The notes under the pieces: generated by a model | Databases searched by the model: none | What the model was told of the DNA's origin: nothing | What the model saw: only the letters and a program-made list of their open reading frames with translations | Part shown: in pieces, positions 11,695 to 23,614 of the stretch | Layout: each line of letters opens with the position of its first letter | Position numbering within the stretch: the stretch's first letter is position 1 | Made by a program: the position numbers and the translations under genes | Assembly: GCA_000697335.1 (NCBI GenBank) | Contig: JNEM01008690.1 | Span: forward strand, 1-49,292 | Source: Conidiobolus incongruus B7586 | Lineage: Eukaryota | DNA length: 49,292 nucleotides | Direction: 5' to 3'

Positions 11695-13109
11695 ATGAAT
11701 CTTGTAAATTCTAATACTTCTTTACCACAAATTTTGGTTGAAGTAATTTTTACTAATATATAATTTGATATAATTGTTATTAATTTTAATTTAGGATGAT
11801 GATCTAAATAACAATAGTAATTCTAACCCAAAACGAAAAAACTCTAACAATTCGGAGTGTAAAGTAATTTTCTAAATTAAATTTTGAATAATAATTTGTT
11901 AATATCAATTTAGTCCAAGGGATCCAAATCCAAACAAGGGCGAAGAAAAGTTGACCTCAAAGTAATATAGACAGATTGAAGGGTTATTGTTTGATTTTAA
12001 ACAATTTTTTATTAGGCTATTATTGACTTGGTTAATAATTTTCATTCTGATTCAGACCTTAATTCCAATGTAATTTTTCTTAATTTTATTTTTATTTAGA
12101 GTATTAATTTTAGTTGTTTAGAATAGCTTTGATTCTTCATCAAGGTCTCCTAGTCCATACACTAGACGACAAGTAATCTATCCTCAATTTATATTATAGT
12201 AATTCTATTTGATTATTCAGCGAAACTAACAATCTTTCATTAGCCTTATATTGTACCTAAATGGCCTAATGATCCAGTATTTTAAATTTTAAAAATACCC
12301 AATTTTTAAAATGTAAAATTTATATTTTGATTCTTTAGGAAACAACATCGAGAGTAGAACAAAATATGATAGAAGCTCAACAAAAAAGAATTCCTATTTT
12401 ATTAGTATTTGATTTGAATGGAGTATTGGTAAAGCGCAGTGGAAACAAATCCAAAACAATATTTTTACGCCCTCACATCCATGAACTTGTCGAATTCGCA
12501 ATGAAAAACTTTTACGTGATAACTTGGACAACTGCCAAACCCGTCAACTCGGATAAAATTATCGATGCAGCTTTCGGACCCTATAGGCCTTATCTTTTAA
12601 GCAATTTAACGAGATTACACTGCGAAATTTTAGGTGACTATTATCAAAATCCAGAAACCATTAAAGATTTGACAGTTATCTGGAATCACGAATTTAAAAC
12701 CAATCCCGATGAAATATTGAAAACGTTGCCATCTCCACCTGCTCAAAAAATATTTAAAGATATATATTTGAAAGAAATTAATCAAATACCGGACGAAAGG
12801 ATAAGACAACTCTATTTGGGCATTGACACTAGCTGCAATACTGTCTCATTACAATTCGACACATCCAATACGATATTGATCGATGACTCACCCGAGAAAG
12901 CTAGGAATCAACCCAATAATTACATTCAAGTTCCAGAGTATCAAGGACGCAAATTTAACGATACTGACGAAAGTTTACGCGATCTAAAACTCTATCTAAA
13001 TGATTTGGTGGATTCTTACCGTAAAGAATACAAAACATGCGAAACTGAAGGTATCAAATTTCAATTTTCAGTGGTAGATTATATCAAATCTCATGGTATA
13101 ATTTTTTAA
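11695..13109 (+). CDS. NIF/FCP1-like HAD-superfamily protein (7 exons)
   Basis: Motifs: LLVFDLNGVLV, FLRPHI, VITWTTA, TIKDL..IW, NTILIDDSPEKA..QP.N. Exons: 11695-11742, 11795-11863, 11914-11961, 12016-12069, 12122-12172, 12244-12276, 12339-13109. Confidence 0.85.
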
Positions 13110-13830
13110 TATTTATATTCACTTTAAATGTTATGAATAAATCTTAGAATTATTATTAACTAATTGATATGGATAATTTATTGTTAATTATTGAGAAATG
13201 AACTATAAATTCCAAATATAGTAGGTTACTTCCATTTTTCATCTATATTATCAATTATTTTTAAACAAATTACCAATTTATAGTTTTAAATTGAATTTAT
13301 CAATTATTAAATTTAAAAATTTTTATAAAAATATTGATTAGTATTAAAAAATTCTTTCAAAATATCTGAATAATATTAACAACCATACCAAATACAATAT
13401 AGTATTTGTTAGAAATAATATTGAATTTATTAAAATTGTCAATCAATTGAGATAAATTATAAAAATATTAATTAATTTTAATATTAAATCAAAAAATAAT
13501 ATTTGAAACATGATGTAATAATGATTAAATAAAAAATTTGAATGTATAAAGTATAAAACTCATTAATATAACTGTGTAAAAGTTTATATATAGCACATTT
13601 AAAGATATTGATATTATATTTAAGATTTGAGATAACCTTATTAACACACTATAATTTTACTATCGATAAACTAAGAAAATTGTTAATATTATTAACTGTT
13701 TCTGACACACCTCAAAGCCCCTCACAATAAGTTATCCCAAAACTATAACAAATTTTGATTAAATTTCTAAAATAAAAATAGCTTAATTTATTTTTCGAGG
13801 TTTATAATATATCAGATAGTTTCGTCTCAA

Positions 13831-14293
13831 TTATTGTTGGGTTTGTTCTGGATGAGGTTGCTAAAAATAGTAAAATAAATAAATTTTGAAAAATATAGTG
13901 TGAAAAAATACTTACCTGGGCACTTGGGTCAACACCTTGAGGGTACTGACCACTTCTCATCAACAATTCCTGATCCTTTTCGTAAGCAATCATGAGGGGT
14001 AAAAGAACAACAAAAGCACTTGTACTCAACACCCAACCAGTCTTACCTAAGATTGAGAAAGCGGTGTGAACTCCGTTATAAACAGATGAGAAAGTCTTAG
14101 AAATAGCCAAACGTTGGTTGGGAGGGATAATATCTTTAAGAGCGTAAATTCTGTCCATAAGGGTTTCGTCGTCGAATTCTTCATCATCATCATCATCGGT
14201 GTATTGGTCGTCGTCGGTATACTCTTCTTCGACATCTTCTACGACGACTTTATCGGCTTTTTCGTTGGTTGGAATTTCTTTTAAAATGACCAT
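13831..14293 (-). CDS. TOM22: Mitochondrial import receptor Tom22
   Basis: Acidic N-terminus, DETLMDRIYALKDIIPP, and TM segment GWVLSTSAFVVLLPL. One 3' intron (about 13862-13916) precedes a last exon QPHPEQTQQ*. Confidence 0.93.
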
Positions 14294-14579
14294 TATGAAA
14301 AATTATTAATAATAAATATTAACTTTCTGTAATTAATATTAATTGGCCCCAAATTCAATTAATAATTTAAAACTAAAATTCATTTATCAAAATTATGGGA
14401 TAATATTAATTTTCATAATAATTTGAATTAATAAACCTATAAAATTTTAATTTTTTTTTATAATTTTTAATTTTTAATTTTTGATTATAATATAAAAAAA
14501 ATTAATAAATTTTTTAAATAATATATAGATAAAATTAAATTATAAAAATTATTAGTTATTAAAATAACCTTTAAATATT

Positions 14580-17463
14580 ATGTCGAATGCTATCAAACTC
14601 AAGACTAGGTAATTTCCTTTAAAATCCTGATCATTGAAAAAAAAAATTAATTAAGAAATTAGTTATAAACTAGCAAATTCTATCGATACCATATACACTG
14701 GTGGTACAGTGCAAATAAATTCACTTACAAACAGATTATTCACAACTTTGGGTGAAGATATTATAATATCTGACTTGACAACTGGTCAAAAAATTCAAAC
14801 TCTATCTGGTGTAAGTTTAATATTTAAAAAAGAATAAGGATTAGTGTTGAATTAACGGATTTAGGATTCCGAAGATATTACATGTTTCGCAGTGAACCCT
14901 CAGGGAACTTACTTAGTGAGTGCTAGTAGAAGTTTGCAAGTTCGAATTTGGGATCTAGAGAGTTTTAAGGTGGTTAATACTATTAGAGTAAGTAATAAAA
15001 TTATCTATCCATTGAGTTATTTGATATATTAATAAAAAATTGTAGCTCAGAGATACACCAATCATTGTTATGGCGATTGATCAATCTGGGACTTTAGTAG
15101 CTTTGGGATCGGCAGACAGTACCATTCAAATCTACCACATTACGAAGGGGTATTGCACCCACAATTTTAAACGTCACGGAGGAGTTGTCAGTGCTCTGAA
15201 ATTTTTCACACCTCCCAAGACTAAGGACATGAATCAGATCTGGCTCGCTTCCGGTGCCAACGACTGCAAGATTATCCTGTGGGATTTGAAAACTAGTCAG
15301 CATTTGGCTACCTTCAACCATCATGGATCTGTTATTCGAGGTCTCGACTTCACTCCAGATGGCTCCATTCTGTTAGCGGGTTCTAGAGACAAGACCGTAT
15401 CGCTATGGAATACAAAAACTTTGAAACCTATGAAATCTATCCCACTTTACGAATCTGTCGAAGACGTTGGATTCATTAGATCTAGCGATGATGCAGACGA
15501 AATGCCCACCCAATTCTACACTGGTGGCGAATCTGGACTACTTAAGATCTGGGACCTCGAATCTGGCGAAGAGTTGATCGTCCAAGTGCAAGAGGGTTCT
15601 ACCTCGCACCAAATCACTCAAACCCTCTACTTGAAAGATGTTCAGCAGCTGGTTGCAGTCACTGATGACCACAGTTTGGTCTTCTACTCAGTTGAAGATC
15701 ATTTAGCTAGAGTCAAGCAAATCGTCGGATATAACGAAGAGATTATCGATTTGAAACTGTTGGAATATACCTACAACAATGAAGAGCATTCTCACCTACT
15801 CGTTGCTTCTAACAGTGAGCAATTGAAGGTAATTGATTTGGCTACATCTTGCACTGATCTTTTATTTGGTCACTCCGATATTGTTGTGTCGTTGGCTACC
15901 AATCCCTCAGGTACAGTATTTGCTTCAGGCTCTAAGGATAACACTGCTAGAATATGGAGAGCTAATGTTGGCGAGCAATTGAGGTAAATTTAGTATGCAT
16001 CATTTAAGTTATATTAATATTAATAAGCGTTTTAGTTTCGAATGCTTAGCTGAATGTGTCGGTCACAACGAAGCGGTTGGAGCTATTGCACTTTCTAAAA
16101 AATCCAATGGTCCTCAATATTTAGTCACGGGAAGTGAAGATTTAACTGTGAAATTGTGGGAATACACTGATTATGGTATTTTTAATTATATTAACCATTT
16201 ATTATAATTTCATTAAATTAATTTATTTAGTTGACTCAGACCTCGAAGATACCGAAATCCCTAAACTTCAATCAAAATACACCTTCAAGGCTCACGACAA
16301 AGCCATCAATTGCGTAACATTCGCCCCCAATGACAAGATCTTTGCCACTGCATCCCAGGACAAGACCGTCAAGGTTTGGAACACCGCTGATGGTTCCTTG
16401 TTAGGCACATGTACCGGTCACAAGCGAGGTGTTTGGTCCGTCGAATTCTCTCCAGTAGAGCAAATCATGGTAACCAGTTCTGGTGATAAAACTGTTAAGA
16501 TCTGGTCCCTCAAGGACTTCTCATGTCTCAAAACCTTCGAAGGCCACACCAACACCGTATTGCGCGCCAGCTTCCTTTCCAGCGGCTTACAAATCGTGTC
16601 CTGTGGTGCTGACGGTCTGGTGAAGTTGTGGACTATTAAGAATAATGAATGTGTAGCTACTTTGGACGGTCATACCGAAAAAGTAATAATTGATTCAAGA
16701 TTTTACAATTTTGATATTAATTAATTTTTAGATTTGGTGTCTTGCAACCTCCAAAGACGAACAATTCCTAGTGACGGGAGGTGCCGATTCTGTCATCAAT
16801 CTGTGGGAGGATACTACGGAATCAGATCAGCAAGCCAAGCGCGAGGAGGAAGAAGCTAAGATTATTCAGTAAGTTTGATCCTAACCCAATACCATTTCAT
16901 TCGTTAATATTTTGAATTTTAGAAATCAAGAGCTATCAAATTTCATGGTACAAAAGGACTATAAGAATGCTATCAAATTGGCTATTAAATTAAATCACCC
17001 ATTTCAATTACTCAATATCCTTTATAAAGTGCTGGAAAACTCATTCACCAAGGACAGTATTACAGGTAGTTTAGATATTGACGAAATCTTTTCCAAATTA
17101 CCTCAAGATCAGGTAACATCTACAATTATATCATATGATAAGGAAATATTAAAATATTATTTAGTTGCAACAAATATTGAAATATATCTGTGATTGGAAT
17201 ACCAATTTCAAACATTCCCCAATTGCCCAAAATCTTTTACATATTATTTTAAAATCTTACCACCCCTCTGTACTTAATGAATTAAATGGAATTCAAGAGG
17301 TAATATATGCTATTCCTCGAATGTATATTTGTTAATTAACTGATTATTTTAGGTTTTTAAGAGTTTAATTCCATATACCGAGAGACATTATAATAAGTTG
17401 GATGATCAAATCACTCAAACTTATTTACTGGATTATACATTGGCTCAAATGGATTTAATTTAA
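14580..17463 (+). CDS. UTP13: U3 snoRNP WD40 protein Utp13/TBL3, multi-exon
   Basis: N-terminus MSNAIKLKTS..IYTGG. Internal motifs: CTHNFKRHGGVV, QIVGYNEEIID, AHDKAINCV, GHKRGVWSVEFSP, QELSN, WNTN. C-terminus LIPYTERHY..LLDYTLAQMD. Confidence 0.95.
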
Positions 17464-18159
17464 AAATTTTAGTGAATGACTATTAAGTAATAAATTATAG
17501 ATTGTTTTTAATAGAATTATACATCAAATAATATTTATTTTTTGATGGAGTTATTAGGATTTGAATTGATCGAATAAATTTAAAATATTAAATTTTTCAC
17601 AAATTGATATTATTTCCTAGCTTGATATAAATTATTAAGTTTTTTATATTATTGTTATATTATAATTTGATAAATTTAATAATATTTAAACCCAATCATT
17701 CTTAATCATATTGAACACTCACTTTAATATGGTTATCAGAAATAATTCATTTAAACCCGACATTTTGATCCAATTATATCATTTAAATCTTAATAGGATA
17801 ATTTAAAGAGTTTAGTTAACAATAAAATTTTTAATTAATTATGTTCGCAAAATTTTAGCTATTTTCTAATTAAATTTGAATGAATTCTTAACCATTCTAG
17901 GATTATGTATTGGAATTTATATTGATATGATAAAGATATTAAATCAGGTAATAATTATTGAATTTAATTTTTGATATTATCATTAAATTTGTAGTAAATA
18001 GAGTATAATTATATGATTCATCGATTTATTTTTAATTTTAACAATTTCAAAATTAATAAAGTTAAGATGTAATTAACAATTTTATATCTAAAATATAAAT
18101 CTAGCAAATTTTAATATTTAAAATAGATTTTAATTTTTAATCCAAATATCACACATAAT

Positions 18160-18545
18160 ACTCCCACAAACTTTATTGGTATTTTCAGGTTATTTGATAA
18201 GAACTGTGGTTAACTAGATGGTAACCCGACCAACTTCATCTCGCCATCTATTACCTTATGGAGTTATAACCCTGGAATACCTACCATACCACTTCAATAT
18301 CTCATTTTTCTGATGGCTTAATATACTTCTTTACACTACTTACGGCCGACAAATGTCCTATAAAAGAACCATTGTCGGAATACATTTTCATCAACACCTT
18401 TGGTCTTCTGTGAAGCCTGTTAAACCCTTGACAAACCCTAATAAAGCATCTTAATCCAAACTACTAGGCAAATCACAAGCAAACCGTCCCCTTCTCCATT
18501 AACAATGTCTTACTAGCAATCATAGAACCACAAAACTAATTAATT
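18160..18545 (+). mobile_element. Probable degenerate non-LTR retrotransposon 3' fragment
   Basis: C-rich island in AT-rich spacer. One frame reads ...FCEAC*TLDKP**SIL..., resembling a decayed CxxC..D..H zinc knuckle. Confidence 0.3.
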
Positions 18546-18859
18546 AATATTATTTTTTTAATACAACTATGATTAACTATAGTTTTTTAATTTTCAATTG
18601 AGTTTCAATTGCAAAATTAATTTATTAGATAATTTTAAAAATCTATCCAATTAAACGAGAAATATTTTACAAATTATACTTAATCCAAAAATTAAAATTA
18701 TTTCAATAATTCCATATTATTTAAATATAATTATGATACTGCTATATTTAAATTATATACTTGATAATTATTAAAAATTCTTTGAATAATTTTTTCAAAT
18801 CAAAGCTATGTACACTTTTAATAGATATATAATTAATCAAAAAGAATCTAAAACCATAT

Positions 18860-20700
18860 CTAATCATAGCGTTAAATTGGCTATTGTTCTGATTAAAGAA
18901 TGCTGAAAGAAATACCATAATTCATCATTAAAACAAAAATTTCTTTTACAATGAGCTAATATTGCACTAAAGTCCAATATTATTTAGATAGCGATATCAA
19001 AAATATTAAAGAACTCGATCATTACCTTGGCCTTAGAAATTAACAAAATATGAAAATCAAGATTTTAGACATTCTATAATGGGGGAACTAATTCAGTAGT
19101 TTTATTATAATTCATAAAAGAGTATAACTGGCTCCTTCTTAAATTTTGTTTACTCTTTTTCTAAAGAAATATTACCCAAGTGGCATTTTTAAATTTTCAA
19201 TTATATGGCTTGGAGAATTCAAGCTTCAATACTATCTAAAATCTTATCAACAATATGATGAATGATCTTCAATTCCTTTTCAAAAGATTATTTTTGAATT
19301 ACCAAAAATTATAACCAAAATTAGTCTAAATACTTAGGATGAAATTTATAACATGGATGAAATTATAGTTTTACAGTACACTAGTAAGCATATTTAATTT
19401 AATTTCTTACTATTCTATGATAATAATAATTAGAATTTATATATATTATTTTAGGGAATTTTTATATCTATTAAATATTATTATTTTTAATTTGTAACAG
19501 TGGTTAGTGGTAAATTTAGTATAATCAAGAGGAACACTTAAATTAGTGATGACTTAGTCAAATTAATATATTGGTGAGTTTATTTAGAAACCAAATATAT
19601 AAGTTAGTAGAAATATATTAGATATTAATATGGTATTAATAGTAAGTCTCAAATTTTAAATAATAATGATTAATAACAAATCAAATAATAATAAACATAT
19701 ACTAAGAGGAAAAGAGAAAAACCATTTTTATTAGCTTAATTAATGGTATTTATCTAATTTAATGGACTTTTAACTGAATTTTAGATATAAACTGCTTAAT
19801 CAATTAAAGGTTATAAATATGGGACTATATATTATAAATTTGAGAACCAGTCTCTTAATGTAATTAATATGATATAATTCAAAAATATCATGGAATTTTT
19901 GAATATTATAATAAATCTAATGTTAATATATTATATTTTTAAAAATTATTTTATTATGATAATTTAGAAAGATATATTTAATAAATTAATTTTTACTATA
20001 CTTGATAATTAGAAAGATAAATTTTATTAATAATTGTTTAGTTTTTTCTTTTAATTTTAAATATTATTTCATCAATTATTAATTGATTTATATTTATAAA
20101 TGTGAAATATTTACTTAGTTATTCAATATTTTGCTGCAGAAGTTCAAAAGAAAGCGTGTGTGCCTATTATGGTGTGTTATGATATTTCAAGATCTTACAA
20201 GCTCTCACTTTGGATAATTGAAAAATCTTGGAACCCAATTTGTTTTAGAAAATACAAAAAGAAATCTAAAGAATGTATACTATGCATGCAAAAAGGTTTG
20301 GTTAACCTACTCGATTTTTGTCAGCTGGTTATATTAGTTTGGTAGTCTAATGGTTAGTAAGAATGTATATCTCATTCTCGCTAACTGTTCTATCCATTCA
20401 AACATAATACAGATTTATGAAAAGATTGATCTGAGAATTACTAAATTGATATTCTTACCTCCGAAAAGTACTGCATTATTGCAGCCCTTCGATTCTCGAA
20501 TTAGATGCATATTTAAGAGGTAGTACGAATACTATTTGAATTTAAAATACATAGAAATTATTGGAAAATATTAAAACAATTGAAGCGAATTATAATATTA
20601 TATTGCTTGAAGGAATCCAGCGTTCCGAGAAAGTATGAGTTAAAGAAATCAATAGTATAACAATTCATAACTGTTTTAAACATGAGAATATATATTTTGA
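18860..20700 (+). mobile_element. Degenerate pogo/Tigger (CENP-B HTH + DDE_1) transposase, split by an internal insertion
   Basis: FKFSIIWL (about 19190, cf. FKFSNGWL). EIYNMDE (19341-19361). KLSLWIIEKSWNPICFRK (about 20200, cf. KLPLWVIGKSKNPRCFK). LILANCSIH (20371, cf. LLLDNCSAH). FLPPKSTALLQPFD (about 20453). TIHNCFKH (about 20660). Stops and frameshifts are present. Confidence 0.85.
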
Positions 20701-21239
20701 ATTTTATAAAGAATACTAATGGTATATTTGAATAGTTTTTCAAAACTAATAGAAATTTTATATAGATGGTAAACCTAAATTGAGCAAGATAAAAATTTCA
20801 AATATACTAAACAATGATACCATATAGTTAAATATATATTATTTACACAAATACATATCCATATAAATAATAATGTATATGCCAATTTCAATTTAACATG
20901 AATTCAAAAATGGTTTAAATCATATGCAAAATTGTTATACTTAGATATATACAAAATCTACCAATTTTTTTCTATAATTATTACTTATTATTAAATTAAA
21001 TGATCCTTAGAATATGATATTTTATAATTAACTAATTTTTTAATCTATTTTTATTATCTGTTTAATTTAAATATTTTTTTTCAATCGTAATTTCGCTCGT
21101 TTTTTTAAAATAATTAAATCTGGAATATAATCAAAATTAATATAACTTAAAAAATATTTAATATATACAGAATTTTTTATTATTGGATGTATAAAATTTA
21201 GAAGAGCTTTGTGTATATGTACATATTACTTAAAAACTC

Positions 21240-21730
21240 ATGTCAAAGGACTATTGTTAGACGATTATATTGCAAAAATCGTTAGCAAAGAGTCTCCATA
21301 TCTCGAAATATATTAAGCCAAGAGGTAATTTGCTCTATCTGTTACTGTGATTTTTTACACAAATCCAAGTATAAGCCTGATATCCTAGAGATTAAAAGTG
21401 AAGAAGGTCATGAAATTTATTTAAGTGCTTAGAAGTTCCAGGATTCACCCAAATCAATCTCAGAAAATTAAAGAATGAATGAAGCAATTACCTAACTTTG
21501 TAACAAGCTGAGCTTGGGTCAAAAAGCTGTTGAAATTACTAAAAATCTTTACCAATGTGCCAAAAATGCCAAACTCTTCGGATTTAGATATGAAGTGTGT
21601 ACAATTCTTGAATATGTTTTTGTAGTTTCTAGATTTTAAAACTTGGATGAAAAGTATTGTTGTAACTCGTATTCCAAAGCTTAAAATTTGTAAAGTATTG
21701 CGGTTATGATTAATAATACCAATGCTCACC
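21240..21730 (+). pseudogene. TFIIB-like pseudogene (Zn ribbon plus first cyclin repeat), intronless
   Basis: One frame reads IVRRLYCKNR*..16 aa..CSIC, then IT*LCNKLSLGQKAVEITKNLYQCAKNAKLFG..YVFVVSR. After a frameshift it continues VTRIPKLKICKV. There are several TAA/TAG stops. Confidence 0.6.
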
Positions 21731-22555
21731 AATTATAACTTGATTGTTGGTTTAAAATCGTGATTAATTAAATTAATGATGAATTTTGATTAACTTTGAC
21801 TCATTTCATTTAAATATCACGATATAATTCAAATAAAATTAACATATAACTCTTGCATCAATATTTTAAAATATTGATTATATATCATATTCATATTATC
21901 ATGATTAAATTTTAATAAAATTCAATATATTTTAAAAACATTTGATTTATAATAAAATATAAAATACTTGAAATAACGAATGATCCATCAACATTATTAT
22001 ATTTAAATAAACCAATTTAAACTATTATTAATATACTAAAGAAAAGATCATATTACTTTAAATAATAAATGCTTATTAATGATTAATAACTAGTTCACAT
22101 GGTCTAAAATTTCACTATCCTTAATTTCAATTTAACTATCATAAATATCAGATTAATTACCTTGTATAAGTTACACTAACGGTTATCAATTACCCCAATC
22201 TAGTAATCTAATCTTAGATGTTTTATTGATAACTAATTAATCATTCATTTTTATCGCAAAAATAACCATTTTGTTGATGTTGATAAGGAACTGATTATAT
22301 GTGGAAAAGGGGAATTTTATTATATTTTTTTCAAAAATTTATGACTAAAAAAATATCTGATAAACAATTTCCAAAAAAGATAAAATTACTAACTATAACC
22401 AATCAAAATAAAGGATTACAATTAATTTGAAACTAAATTTTCAAGAATTTAAAACCATAAAATTTAATATATAAAAGAATATAAAATTAAAAATAAATAA
22501 TAATAAAATTGAAAAATAAGTCACTTTTATTTCTTTCTAATATAATTTTGACATA

Positions 22556-23614
22556 ATGGCTTATGAATTTCCCACTCATAGATTGGTTAGTGAATTACAA
22601 GGTGTTAATAATAACAATGATTGTTGAATCAAATTTTTTAATATTAAGTTTTAGATAAAACCAAAATTCCTCTGATTTTAATCGCTTGTGGCTCATTCTC
22701 CCCAATTACTTACCTCCATTTGAGAATGTTCGGTAAATTTTATCGCCCCTTAAACCCATTTTTTGTTATTGACAGTTGTTTAGAAATGGCTCGAGATATT
22801 ATTAAGGAGCAGGGCACTTACGAAATTGTTGGAGGTTACTTCTCGCCAGTGTCAGATCAGTATAAGAAGGAGGGCTTAGCACCATCAGTTCATAGGGTCA
22901 AAATGTGTCAATTGGCCGTTGGCACCACTTCTGACTGGCTCATGGTCGACAATTGGGAGAGTTTGCAGCCTGGGTACCAGAGAACCCTCGTCGTTTTAGA
23001 TCACTTTAACGAGGAGATCAACGTTAAGAGAGGTGGTATCGAAACTGAGGATGGTACACAATATTAAAGTAATACTCGTTATTGTATTTGTTAATTTTTG
23101 TTTAGGTAAAAAAATCAATGCTAAAATAGTATTGTTAGCTGGTGGTGATCTTATAGAATCTTTCAATATTCCCGGTGTTTGGTCCCCTAAAGATGTATGT
23201 TTAATACATTTATCGTATATTATAATTTATATATATTAATATTTTACAATATAGTTGGACAGAATTTTATCAGACTACGGGTGTGTAGTCGTAGAAAGAA
23301 CCGGTGTTGACGTTTATGGAACTCTCTTGCAAAATGATGCCTTGTTCAAGCATAGAGTAACATTTTACATTTAGAAAATGAAAAATTTTTATAATTAATC
23401 CCAATTCTTAGAAAAATGTTACAGTTGTCAAACAATTAATTCATAATGATATAAGTTCAACTAAAATAAGGTAACTAATATAAATTAACATTTATTAAAT
23501 TCATTAATAATATTATTATTTAGACTATTTATCAAGAGGAATATGTCTATTAAGTACCTTCTACCCAACCACGTTATCGACTATATAGCTGCGAATAATT
23601 TATACAAGGACTAA
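22556..23614 (+). CDS. NMA1: Nicotinamide/nicotinate mononucleotide adenylyltransferase (NMNAT), multi-exon
   Basis: Motifs: YEFPTHRL, ACGSFSPITYLHLRMF, FSPVSDQYKKEGL, WLMVDNWES, LLAGGDLIESF, NDISSTKIR, MSIKYLLP. Confidence 0.95.

Noticed and set aside
12408..12430. DLNG instead of DxD in the NIF/HAD motif I
   Set aside because: DLNG variants are common in this fungal FCP1-homology subfamily, so this is not novel by itself.
14294..14579. Short divergent promoter between TOM22 and UTP13
   Set aside because: Head-to-head housekeeping genes are ordinary in compact fungal gene clusters, and no distinctive motif was seen.
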